Of a DNA stretch of 20,000 nucleotides, positions 1 through 11,274 are shown one piece after another. Origin of the DNA: Chiloscyllium plagiosum (Eukaryota); contig NC_057718.1 in assembly GCF_004010195.1 (NCBI RefSeq), forward strand, positions 98,476,700 to 98,496,699. Reading direction: 5' to 3'. Numbering within the stretch: position 1 is the first letter of the stretch; every line of letters starts with the position of its first letter. The position numbers were made by a program, and so were the translations under genes. The notes beneath the pieces were generated by a model. That model was not told where the DNA came from. It saw nothing but the letters and a program-made list of their open reading frames with translations, and did no database searches.

Positions 1-232
1 AACCCATCCAGACCCATTTCTCTCTGACTAAAGCACCTAACACTATGGGCAATTTAGCATGACCAATTCATCTCCCCTGCACATCTTTGGACTGTGGGAG
101 GAAACCAGAGCACCAGGAGGAAACTCGCGCAGACACGAGGAGAATGTGCAAACTCCACACAGTCACCCAAAGCTGTAATTGAATCTGGGTCCCTGGTGTT
201 GAGAGGCAACAGTGCTAACCACTAAGCCACCC
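1..232 (-). mobile_element. HE1-like tRNA-derived SINE (V-SINE superfamily); 3' end runs off the window
   Basis: Reverse complement reads GGTGGCTTAGTGGTTAGCACTG (A box), GATTCAATTAC (degenerate B box), then the V-domain TGTGTGGAGTTTGCACATTCTCCTCGTGTCTGCGCGAGTTTCCTCCTGGTGCTCTGGTTTCCTCCCACAGTCCAAAGATG. Confidence 0.9.
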
Positions 233-1074
233 CATTAGAAAGCAGTAGGAGTGAGTGCAGGAAACCCAAAGTGCACAATTGGAAGAGCAAGTGGCTGCGA
301 CCACACTTTGAATGGGCAAGGTAAGTGACTTGAACAGTGAATGAGGCAGCTGCACCACACATCATTCATATGCCTTTTAAAATGACAGAATATAGCTCAT
401 GAATCCCTGAAGGTCAAGTGCAAAATTCTGTAAGATGCTTACTCACTGACCCTTTCAGAATGTGGCACACCCTGGCACAACCACGGTTGGATAGCTCTTT
501 GGCAGATATGCCTTTGTGCACAGAACGAAAACATTAGAAATTGTTATCCAGGGTGGATAAAGATGCCAGCAGCATGAAAAGCCACCTGTACACACACTTT
601 TCCTGATTTTAGCTGATGTCAGTGGTACTCCATGTAAAGCTCAATTCACACAGCTTTCTGTTTGCGTGGACTTCTATTTGGACAATGTACTGTGCGCTCC
701 ATAGAGACACTCTAAAGCAAATACATGGAAGTTACCGTCAATAACATTTATGTACACAACATGAGAAACAAAATAGCCTTCTTCACCCATGCCAAAGTGC
801 CCTGAATACATTTTCTTCTTCATCTTCCTCCCGCTACATCCAAGTACACTTCGTGACTCTACAGCTGAGGTGCAGCAAGTTTGTTCTGGTGCAGAGGCCT
901 TGTGTTTTGGTGAAGTGACACCAGGAGCGCTCATGTATTGTGACTGTGATCAGTGACTTATTAAAAATATTTTGCTTAGAGTAAAGAAAATAATTAGGAA
1001 GGACTGAATCTAGAAGGACATAAATAGTTCAGTGGATTAAGGGATTAAATATAAGGGAAGAGACAAGTTGCAAG

Positions 1075-1098
1075 TAAATAAACAAATAAATAAATAAA
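1075..1098. repeat. Short imperfect (TAAA)n microsatellite
   Basis: taaataaacaaataaataaataaa. Confidence 0.7.
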
Positions 1099-2267
1099 GT
1101 TACACTGTGGCAGGTCAAAATAATGAAGTAAATGAATGGAGTCAAGGCAGGAAAGGAGGAGATAAAATAATCACAGGGCAAAGGAAAGGGTTGGAAGCAA
1201 AAGGCACAGATGGACAACGATTGTATACCAACGAGACCATGAAAACTACATTGAGGGGCAATCGACTGTAGATAAATAAAATGAACATGAATGGTGGAGT
1301 GTTACAGATTTTAGGTTTACCTTCAGTATTCATTCAGAGATACTGCGGAGATATTCTAGGAATGATTTACTTCTCTTATCTATTAGATTACATCACAATT
1401 TAAACATTGATAGCATAACTTCACCCCCTTGTGAAATGAACCGTGTACCATGTGTTTTACATGTGTGCTCAGCTGCGCTTCCTTAGTGTTTCAGAAGGTG
1501 GACTGAGAGCAGTGATGTCCACTCCCCAGAAAATAATTATAATATTGTCAACAGGTTGCACATAGCACCCATTTCTCAAATTAGTTTTGATTAATTTCAC
1601 ATAATTTCAGGGTGATTCTTCAAACAGAATTTTCACATTAATGTTGATGATATTAAGAAAATCTAAGATCAAGACCATGAACCTGCTTAAATGAGCGTCA
1701 AAACAAAATCGTATATCCAGTTATAAGGATGACAAACAGTGCATCATCCTGTGATTTTGAGGATATTTGCCTGACACAAATAAAGTCTTAGGGATTATCT
1801 TGTTGAAAGGGCGGTAATAGATTTTCATTGTGCTTTCAATACATGTCTGTTCGAATGTCCAGTTTAAGCACATAATTATGGTCCTAAGTGGTAAGTACCG
1901 GAAAAATTTGAACTTGCCAAGAGATGCTAGAATAGAAACTGTAGGTTTAATTCTCAGGTAGTGATTAGATGCAACTTTCATGGTACAACAAATGTGGGCT
2001 TCACTTATTGTTTTTCATTGAAGGTGTAAAGTGCGCTGGCCAATAAACTGGCAGGTTTCAGGATGGGTCAGGTACTGAGTGACAGGGTGGACATATTTCT
2101 GGATAAACCATGGAGGTCATGCTGGATGAATGCCACATGAGTAGGATGTCCTGTATGCACAGGCCTCATGTTCTCCTCTCACTCTGGTGCTACTCCTTCG
2201 GACCAAGGACGACAAACTAAGCAAAACGCTGACGCTCAAGCACTCCCATTCTGCTACGGTGTCTTGG

Positions 2268-2465
2268 TGTCATCATGACTTGGAACTTTATCACCACTCT
2301 TGCACTGTTGCTCAGTCAAAATCCTGAACTACCTAACATTACTGTGTGCCCTACTACCCAAAGACTGCAATAATTCAAGAATGCAGCTCACCACCACCTT
2401 CTCCAGGGCAATAAATATAAATACTGCAAGCCAGTGGGATCCACATCTCTCAGATTAATTAAAAA
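2268..2465 (+). mobile_element. Decayed 3' end of a CR1-group LINE
   Basis: Translates to RLQ*FKNAAHHHLLQGN, resembling a CR1-group ORF2 C-terminus (recalled WNSLP...LQRFKKAAHHHLLKGN), followed by a short 3'UTR and A-rich end. Confidence 0.7.
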
Positions 2466-3429
2466 GAGATTTAATCAGGGTGACCTCCCATAGCTGACTG
2501 CTCATCCCAGCTTGTCTGCATTCCAGGATGTTGTTTGCCCCATATTCTGGATCATCGATCTCTGTACACATACTCTGCACATTATGTTCTCTGCCCAGGT
2601 TAGCAGCAACCCCTTCCACCTTATTTTATAGCTCTGGCAGCAGTTAGAAGAACAGTGTGCGCATGTTAGCTATTCTGTGGCAGGAGAATTTGAATGGACA
2701 AGTTCACAGGCAGACACATATAAAAGGACAGGAATTATGACATTCAGGTTCTGGGGAATAGGGAACCAATATGTCAACCATCAGATGAGACAAGAGTCTT
2801 ATCAATAAGATTGTCAGTAACTGACCAGGGAGAGAAGATTAAACATGGATATTGAATTGATTAGGATGAATTAAATAATGGCGACCTCTAGAGGGCAGCC
2901 TTACTTCATTTTCCTCCAAGAAAGATTTCAAGAATTACATTCGTATTAAACAAGCAAATTTTGACACATTTGAGAAAATCAACCTAAACTATATCCAAGT
3001 AATACTAGAAAGTTATCAAATGACTATGAACTACACACAAAGTTAATACATTTCAGTAGGCTTGTTTAAACTAATAATATTTTGGAATTGCAAAGATTGA
3101 ACATGCTGATGAGACGGATGTCTCAAAATATACTGAGCTGTAGAAGTAACAACATTGTAATAGGTGTGTTTTAATGTTGGGGAAAGTTTTCATACACAAA
3201 GACACAATTCATACTATTTAAATCCCACGAAACAGTGGAGGGCAGGCTTCAAAGACTTGCCCAGGATTGCAGAACTTTCTAAAATACAACAAAGGATCTC
3301 TATGAAATACTTCCTTTTAATATTTCTACTACACCCACATGTATGTTATTTCACTAATACGTTACTCCATTTGCTATACTACAGAAGTAGCTAGATTCTT
3401 AACTAAAAATAAAGGTCAAAGGTTACTGT

Positions 3430-3525
3430 GTATAGGTGAGAATTGAGGCCATAATCAGATCAGCCATAACGTTTTTGAATGGCTAAGGGACTGAGAGGCC
3501 TACTTCTGATTCAAATTTCCATGCT
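3430..3525 (+). mobile_element. Decayed CR1 3'UTR fragment
   Basis: agatcagccat...ttgaatggc...ggcctacttctg matches the CR1 3'UTRs in this window at about 12135-12200 and 14135-14195. Confidence 0.65.
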
Positions 3526-3962
3526 GATATGTAAACACTAGCTGCAACATATCCATTGAAAATCTGTTATATCTTCTGTCCTAGTGACAACATGCAACAT
3601 AATTTTTAAAAATAGGATGAGAAGCAAACAAACAAAAAGCACATCAAAATGTGAAACAAAAGCACTGAGTCTACAACAGCAAACATACTTTTGCCTCCAG
3701 TTAAAATATTTATTCACTTTTAAAACATAACGATCAACTATTGAAAATTAGAAATTACAGCCGCTTGCACCAATTAAAAATGTGCAGGGATTTTGGAAGT
3801 TCTTAAATGTGTGCATTTCTTTGGCTTTGCAAACCTAAAAATTCCAGCTTTTAAATTACTAGCTCAGATTCAGGTCTACTATGCCAAGTGTCCATTTCAT
3901 TATCAATTCAAACATTAATTCATAAATTCTACCTCAAAGGGGAACCTGCAGTTTATAAGGTA

Positions 3963-4170
3963 AGTCCCCATGATTCTTCTGAACAGTAGGGCTGCTCTCA
4001 AAGACAGAGACAACTGGAGCTGGTTTAGCCAGAGGGTCACCACGCCTCAGGTAAGGGGAAAGATTGAGAAGGAGAGTCCTTCAAGGTATCTTCAACCAGC
4101 ACAGGAATTGAACCCATGCTGGTGCTGTCACTCTATCAAACGAGCCATCTAGCCAACTGAGCTATTAACC
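3963..4170 (-). mobile_element. tRNA-derived SINE without a V-domain (family unassigned)
   Basis: Minus strand has A box TAGCTCAGTTGG (4164-4153) and B box GGTTCAATTCC (4114-4104), followed by a ~140-nt non-tRNA body. The 3' boundary is approximate. Confidence 0.75.
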
Positions 4171-5855
4171 ATTCTGTGCAGTTTACAGAACACATGCAGT
4201 GTGCTAATCTCCCACTTCAAATGCCTAGTGAAGGTCAGCCAGGTTCTCTTATTGGAACTGAAATTAATTAGCAGCCATATTAATTTATTTTACACTCAGA
4301 CATTTGTCAGCTACTGGAACTCCAAGCCTCCCTGCACAGTGTAATAGACTGCATGGATCATAAAAATACTGATATAGCTTGAATACTATTATGTTTTATA
4401 CATAAAACACTAAAGAATATCCTTCTTCCTGGACTTGAATGCTATAACGTATCAATATATTTTACAATCAAGCATAAAGAATCAGTATCTTACTTGGAAC
4501 CATTTAGAAAAAGGAATGAAAGAATAAAGGGATCTGCAAATGATAATGTAAGATATACTCACACACTTCTATCTTCATTAGTAAAAGCAGAATATTTTGA
4601 TGGACCTATCGAAAAGATTCTGCACCAGAGCATTTATTAGCTACTTAACAAATATTGGAATGCTGTTATATCTGTTCAGCAATGCAAACTTGTCTCATTG
4701 TTGAAGTATTCTTGAGGAGCTTCTCATTTTCACTCAATTGACAAATTAATCAGAAAATTTATGAATCTCACTCCTTTACTAAAGCTGCAAGAAATTCTAG
4801 CTGATAGAACTCTTACCATAGATTTCAAACATCTTGAAACTTTGTGTGCCTTGTTACACACAAAATATACGGTTTCTACTTAGGATTTGCTGGGATTATA
4901 AACTCCCAGTATTTGATAGTGTCTATACCAATATTACTAATGTCTCACGGTCCTGTTACCATCAAAAATCCTTTTTGGAATTATTAGTTAATTTCCATCT
5001 CATTTGAGAGAGAATATTCAATGAAGAGGTACTCAATCCAATATTGTGCGGTGTAACACAATCGAAAAGGCTAATCTAATTAGAGCTCATTGGCCATGCC
5101 AGAAACAAAAGCGGTGCTAATCTGATTGTCTGTCATCAACAAAATAAAGTTTTCTCTTTGAAACCTGTTAAAGAAGCCATCAATGTAGTACATATACTGC
5201 ATTGCTCATTTATTTACCATTCACCGGTGATAGCTTAAATCAAATAGATTGTTTTCTATTCACCCAGTATACTAATGCTATTGAGTTGTAACATAACATT
5301 GGGACAGACAAGATTAAAGATACTTGTAAGCCATCCTGATCGCTATCTTGATATGGTGGAGGCTTGTGTGCTGAAAGATCCCTTAAGCAATTCCCCTGGG
5401 AGCTCCTTGTCCCTGAAAGGGGTAAAGAAAAGTTCAAACACATATGGAGTGGCAGAACAGGCAAGGGGAGACTGTATGCCTCACCAGCTGTGAAGATGGA
5501 ATGCGACTGCAGTGGTAAGGTGGTCTCGGTCTTTATGGCTTGATATTGTACTGATCACCAAACCATCTTGATCATGTGCACAATGATGACATTGAAAGAT
5601 CTCACATTGAACACAGCTTAAGTGCAAGCTTCCACCAAAGACCATGCGCCAAGTCTTATGACGATGGAGAATTGGTGACTGATACAGGGTTAGGAACCAG
5701 GGAGACCTTGAACAAAAACAGGGTCAAAATAATTCCTTCTTCACTAGTTGATGCAGTCACTTAGTAACATTATATTCTGTATTTATGTTAATATGGAGTC
5801 TTGTGTCATCATCTAATAAGATCTGAAGGGATGCTCGAGACCCAGTGGAACAGTT

Positions 5856-6516
5856 GCCACCTTCCCAGGCAATCATGGAAGATCTAACACCTGCCCATTA
5901 ACTTCCTCCTTCCTCACTATCCAAGGCCCCAGATACACCTTTCAGGTGAAGCAGCAATCTACCTGCACTTCACTTAACCTAGTCTCCTGTATTCGCTGCT
6001 CACAATGTGATCTCTTTGACATTGGAGAGATGAAGCACAAACTGTGCGACCGCTTTGCAGAACACCTACATTCTACTTGCAGAAATGACTGAGCTTTTCT
6101 CTTTAACACTTTAACACACCATTGTGTTGCCTAGCCAACATGTGTGTCTTGGGCTTGCTGTCATGCACCAACGACTTCTGCAGCCTTCTGGGCTCAATAT
6201 AGAGTTTAACAATTTTAAGGCTTGAGCACTTTTTCTCTTGTCCTTGCCCCAACCCCCTCACACCAAGCCTTGCTGCTACTAGAAACAATATATACCTTTG
6301 CCCAACTATTTTCTCTCTCTTTGGCCTCCATCTCCATCTACTCCATCACCTCCTCCCCCCGCCCGCCCAACCCATCTTCAGCACATAGACCAATCTTTTC
6401 CTAGCTACAATCAGTTCTGAAGGAGGATGTCTGGACCTGAAAGGCTAAATCTATTATTTCTCTCTCCACAGATGCTGTCAGACCTGCTAAAGTTTTCCAG
6501 CACGTTCTGGTTTTGT
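5856..6516 (+). mobile_element. Penelope-like retroelement 3' fragment: degenerate GIY-YIG endonuclease plus terminal repeat
   Basis: From 5859 translates TFPGNHGRSNTCPLTSSFLTIQGPRYTFQVKQQSTCTSLNLVSCIRCSQCDLFDIGEMKHKLCDRFAEHL, the degenerate PLE motif NLVYCIxCxxC..YIGET.R.L..RF.EH. Its tail gatgctgtcagacctgct...ttttccagca is shared with the copies at ~10660 and ~18740. Confidence 0.85.
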
Positions 6517-6894
6517 AACAGTTGATCATATTTTATTGAGGATTAATTAGGGGACAATAAATATGGGGAGCTATTATACAGTGCATTGAATGTTTTATGC
6601 AGTGCGACTAACTGAAATGAAGTTCTCTCGAAGTAAGTGTGGACTTGGATTTTGTCCAAAGCTACGAGGGCCATCTGTAAACTAAACAAATGGACAAAAT
6701 CACCTTCATTCATAAAATTATGTCTCTGTCTTTAAGGATGACAATATCATTAGTCAATGCAGGAAAGAACATTTTGAACAACTCAACTGTGAATCTGTAG
6801 TGATAGCCAATAGTCTTCAGATAATATCCCAGTATCCTAGTTTAGAATCCATGGGCATTCCAGCATTGACAGAAAAGCTGCAATATACCATCAA

Positions 6895-7494
6895 ACAGTG
6901 CTAGTGAGCATCTGAACAGTGGGATTCAGCAATTGAACATGTGGCTGGTAAGTCTGTGGAAGAAGGACAGCCAGTTTCTGAGATATTGACACCAATTTTG
7001 AGACAGATGACACCTGTATATGATAGTCAGGTTGCACCTTTGTAGGACTAGGACTAACATCCTCACAGTGAGATTTACTAGTACTACTCGGCAAAGTTTA
7101 ACTCAATTTGCAGGTGAATGGCAATCTGAGCAAGGGCTTAGACTGAAGGGAAGAAAAATGGATAGCAGGAAGTAGAAATATAGCAAGCAAAGTTCAAAGG
7201 TAGACAAATTGGATGCAAGCGTTGAATTAGACTAGAATTTGGAATAATGTTAAAAAAAAAAGACAAAAGCAATCTAAATGAAGGCAGTATTCATTACAAG
7301 GTTGATGATTTGAAAATACAAATAGAGGTAAATGGGTATGGCTTTAATTGTCACCATGGAGAACTAGTAGAATTGATAAGGGGGAGCCAGTAGATGTGAT
7401 TTAATTTTAGAAGACTTTCAATAAAGATCCCATATGAGACAGTAGCATTTCAATGAAGGTAGTGTAGTGACATGGAGTGACTAGTTGGCAGACA
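6895..7494 (+). mobile_element. Old CR1 LINE, left part: ORF1 esterase C-terminus, ORF2 endonuclease start, internal deletion, RT fragment
   Basis: ASEHLNSGIQQLNMWL...RLHLCRTRTNILTVRFTSTTRQSL (cf. DGLHL...GTNILAGRFASA.REGLN); then LNEGSIHYKVDDLKIQIEVNGY (cf. LNARSI.NK.DEL); then TSRIDKGEPVDVI (RT). Many stops and frameshifts. Confidence 0.8.
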
Positions 7495-8266
7495 TTTTTG
7501 AGTGGGAGCAGCGAAGTAAAAGCGAACCCGGGAGACTACAGCAAAGGTAAGACAGTTCGTTTTAAAATTGCTTACCTGTAGCGGGCAGCGGTGTGTTTTT
7601 TTTTACTCTCTCTCCACAGAAAGAGCGGGAGTAGCAGAGGAAGTGACGGCAAGCAGAGGGGCAGCCGGGAAGGGAAAGTGAGTATATAAGTCAGGAAGGC
7701 GGCTAAACCCGAGATTCTACACCTGTAGTATCTCCCACCCACCCTCCTCCTCTAACCTTCTTAACTACTCTGCTTTTTCTTTTAAGGTAAGGATTTTTAT
7801 TTCTTTACCAGGGACTAGTTAAAAATTTACTTCGTTTTTTTTTTGTGTGTATACATCAAGTCCTTATTTAGGGTAAAAAAAAACTATAGCAGAGAGGTAT
7901 CAGAAGGTATTCTAACTCATACTGGTACAAAGTAAGTAATTAACTAACTAAGCAGAGATGGCTGGGCAGGTGATATGCTGTTGCTGTATGATGTGGGAGC
8001 TGGCTGATCCCATTGTGAACGGCAGTGACCACATCTGCAGCAAGTGTTGGTTGCTGGAAGAACTCCGGATCAGAGTTGATGATCTGGAATCTGAGCTTCA
8101 AACACTGCGGCACATCCGGGAGGGGGAGAGTTACCTGGATGCTTTGTTTCAGGAGGCAGTCACACCTGGGAGATTAAGTAATTCACATTCAGCTAGTGAT
8201 CAGGCACAAAAGAGTGTGACTGTAAGTGAGGCAGACAGGGGGAGCCTGAGTTCAGGAGTGCAGGAG
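7495..8266 (+). mobile_element. Young CR1 LINE, 5'UTR and start of ORF1
   Basis: Abrupt switch from decayed RT sequence at 7495 to a CpG-containing leader, followed by an uninterrupted CR1-type ORF1 running into the gap. Confidence 0.8.
7958..8266 (+). CDS. CR1 ORF1 protein N-terminus (zinc finger/leucine zipper), truncated by the assembly gap
   Basis: MAGQVICCCCMMWE...HICSKCWLLEELRIRVDDLESELQTLRHIRE: CxxC...CxxC followed by a heptad coiled coil, as in CR1 ORF1p. No stops over 103 codons. Confidence 0.8.
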
Positions 8267-9245
8267 NNNNNNNNNNNNNNNNNNNNNNNNNNNNNNNNNN
8301 NNNNNNNNNNNNNNNNNNNNNNNNNNNNNNNNNNNNNNNNNNNNNNNNNNNNNNNNNNNNNNNNNNNNNNNNNNNNNNNNNNNNNNNNNNNNNNNNNNNN
8401 NNNNNNNNNNNNNNNNNNNNNNNNNNNNNNNNNNNNNNNNNNNNNNNNNNNNNNNNNNNNNNNNNNNNNNNNNNNNNNNNNNNNNNNNNNNNNNNNNNNN
8501 NNNNNNNNNNNNNNNNNNNNNNNNNNNNNNNNNNNNNNNNNNNNNNNNNNNNNNNNNNNNNNNNNNNNNNNNNNNNNNNNNNNNNNNNNNNNNNNNNNNN
8601 NNNNNNNNNNNNNNNNNNNNNNNNNNNNNNNNNNNNNNNNNNNNNNNNNNNNNNNNNNNNNNNNNNNNNNNNNNNNNNNNNNNNNNNNNNNNNNNNNNNN
8701 NNNNNNNNNNNNNNNNNNNNNNNNNNNNNNNNNNNNNNNNNNNNNNNNNNNNNNNNNNNNNNNNNNNNNNNNNNNNNNNNNNNNNNNNNNNNNNNNNNNN
8801 NNNNNNNNNNNNNNNNNNNNNNNNNNNNNNNNNNNNNNNNNNNNNNNNNNNNNNNNNNNNNNNNNNNNNNNNNNNNNNNNNNNNNNNNNNNNNNNNNNNN
8901 NNNNNNNNNNNNNNNNNNNNNNNNNNNNNNNNNNNNNNNNNNNNNNNNNNNNNNNNNNNNNNNNNNNNNNNNNNNNNNNNNNNNNNNNNNNNNNNNNNNN
9001 NNNNNNNNNNNNNNNNNNNNNNNNNNNNNNNNNNNNNNNNNNNNNNNNNNNNNNNNNNNNNNNNNNNNNNNNNNNNNNNNNNNNNNNNNNNNNNNNNNNN
9101 NNNNNNNNNNNNNNNNNNNNNNNNNNNNNNNNNNNNNNNNNNNNNNNNNNNNNNNNNNNNNNNNNNNNNNNNNNNNNNNNNNNNNNNNNNNNNNNNNNNN
9201 NNNNNNNNNNNNNNNNNNNNNNNNNNNNNNNNNNNNNNNNNNNNN
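8267..9245. other. Assembly gap (979 N)
   Basis: Run of N. Confidence 1.
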
Positions 9246-9345
9246 CTCTCTCTCGCCCCCATCTCTCTCTCTCTCTCTCTCTTCCTGCCCACTGTTTCCC
9301 CTCTCTCTCTTGCCCCCAACTGCTTCTCTTTACCCCTTTCCCTGC
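9246..9345. repeat. (CT)n / pyrimidine-rich low-complexity tract at the contig edge
   Basis: ctctctctcgcccccatctctctctctctctctctcttcc... Confidence 0.85.
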
Positions 9346-9799
9346 ACACAAAAACAAACATGCCTAAATCATCAAAGACTGCATAATTTCAGTGCTAATC
9401 TTGGGTGTTACTGAGCATAATGATCATTTCATCAGTTTCATCGTCCTTAGGCAAGCACCTGCAATCATGGTGGGTCTTGCACTTTTGTCAGTAGCCCACA
9501 ACTGAAATAAAATTTGAGTGTTTGGTAATTAAAAATTTTGGTTAAAACTATCCTGAAGCAAGTGCTGATGTGATAATCCTATCAAACAGATTTATTTTCA
9601 GGGGAGCACAATTACTGCCTGGAACTTGCACTGGCTTTCCACTGAGCCTTTTAATAAGATTTGTATTTGAATTATTCATAGTTTTAAACTGAGTACTAAC
9701 AGCTCTTTCGAATTTGATTTAAGCTTCTCAGGTTCTTTTTGCAGAATTTTTGCAATTGGAGTAATTGTGATTTACCTAACTCATCACCTACCTCGATAC

Positions 9800-10731
9800 T
9801 GTCCGATCCCCCCAGCCCAGGAACATACATTTGGGACACCACCCACGCCCTCCATCACCTCCAAGACTTATGTTTCCCTGGCCCCCAACACCTCATCTTC
9901 ACCATCCCTATATACCTCCATTTCCAAACTCTCAATTTCTTCCTCTTCTGACGTCCCCACCAGTACCCTTCCACTAACACACTCATTCGTTTGGCTGAAC
10001 TGATCCCCACCCTCAATAATTTCTCCTTTGAATTCTCCCACTTCCTCCAGACAAAAGGGGTAGCCATGGGCACCCACATGGGCCCCAGCTATGCCTGTCC
10101 CTTTGTCGATTATGTGGAACAGTCTATCTTCAGTAGTTACACAGGCACCATTCCTCCTTTTCCTCTGCTACATCCATCACTATATCGGCACCACCTCATG
10201 CTCCTACAAGGAGGTTGAACAGTTCATCAACTGCCTTAAAACACATTCCACCCCAACCTTAAATTCATCTGGACAATCTCAGACATCTCCCTCCCCTTCC
10301 TGGACCTCTCCATCTCCATCAACGGTGACCAACTCAACACTGACATCTACAAACCTATTTACTCTCACAGGTACCTGGACTATACCTCCTCCAACCCTGC
10401 CTCCTGTAAAAATATCCCTTATTCCCAATTACTCCACCTCTGCCACATATGCTCCCGGGGGACCAGTTTCACCACAGAACACACCAGATGACCTCCTCCT
10501 TTGAAGACCACAGTGTCCCCTCCCATGTGGTCGATGATGCCCTTCAGCGTATCTCATCCACTTCCCCCCACGAATTCCACCCCAACAGCCGTAACAAGGA
10601 CAGAACCCTTCTCTTCCCCGAAGAGCTTTTGCCCGAAGGTCGACTCTCCTGCTTCTCGGATGCTGCCTGACTTGCTGCGCTTTTCCAGCACCACACACTA
10701 ATGTCCAACATCTGCAGTCCTCACTTTTGCG
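9800..10731 (+). mobile_element. Penelope-like retroelement, internally deleted: RT remnants joined directly to the terminal repeat
   Basis: Frameshifted RT motifs TYIWDTTHALHHLQDLCFPGPQHLIFT and LAELIPTLNNFSFEFSHFLQTKGVAMGTHMGPSYACPFVDYVEQSIF (PLE RT GxAMG motif), then RNKDRTLL, then the tail ...gatgctgcctgacttgctgcgcttttccagca. Confidence 0.85.
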
Positions 10732-11162
10732 CAGTTGTGCTTTCGTCCATTACTGCATTGGATTCATATAGAGCCCCAGAAGCAGAAAGAGGGCATGGCA
10801 TCCTTGTGTACCACACAGTTGTAGGGTAAGAATAATGTACTCTGCCATTAACTGGCATTTTTAGTGGGTGTTTTTATATTGCTGTATTGGTAGTGGTAAG
10901 ACTTGTACTTAATTTATAAGTTATAGATGATTAGTAATCAGGGTGATGAGCAATAATATATCACTACATGATACTGAATGGATGGAACAGTGTCTTAAAT
11001 CTGTGAGTTCCCAACTTCTAGGAAGTAGATGTCAGAGGCTTCTCTGTTTGAATGTATTTTAGGCCCATTTAGGTTCATTGAGAGAAGTACAGACAAAAAC
11101 ATTGGTGCATGTCAAGCACTTGTCCTCAACTTGCAGGAAGAGTAAGTATAAAGTGCAGTGAG

Positions 11163-11265
11163 GAACATAGAACAGAACAGCACAGTACTGGTCCTTCAGC
11201 CCTCAATGTTGTGCTGATCTGTAATCTTTCTCTAAGATCAAACTAACCAACGTTTTACTATCATC
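11163..11265 (-). mobile_element. 3' tail of a CR1-type LINE or CR1-tailed SINE
   Basis: gaacatagaacagaacagcacagtactggtccttcagccc is the reverse complement of a CR1-like 3' end with a (TTCTATG)-type terminal repeat. Confidence 0.6.
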
Positions 11266-11274
11266 CAGAATCGG

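Noticed and set aside
4095..4170. Possible tRNA gene
   Set aside because: A and B boxes are present, but I could not fold a convincing cloverleaf and it continues into a SINE-like body.
674..5764. Short ORFs of 60-86 aa (674, 1029, 1142, 1721, 3164, 3970, 5240, 5275, 5576)
   Set aside because: No recognisable domains; lengths are what chance gives in AT-rich intronic DNA.
8200..9367. Long ORFs of 369-469 aa in the ORF track
   Set aside because: Artefacts of reading through the N gap; only 7958-8266 is real coding-like sequence.
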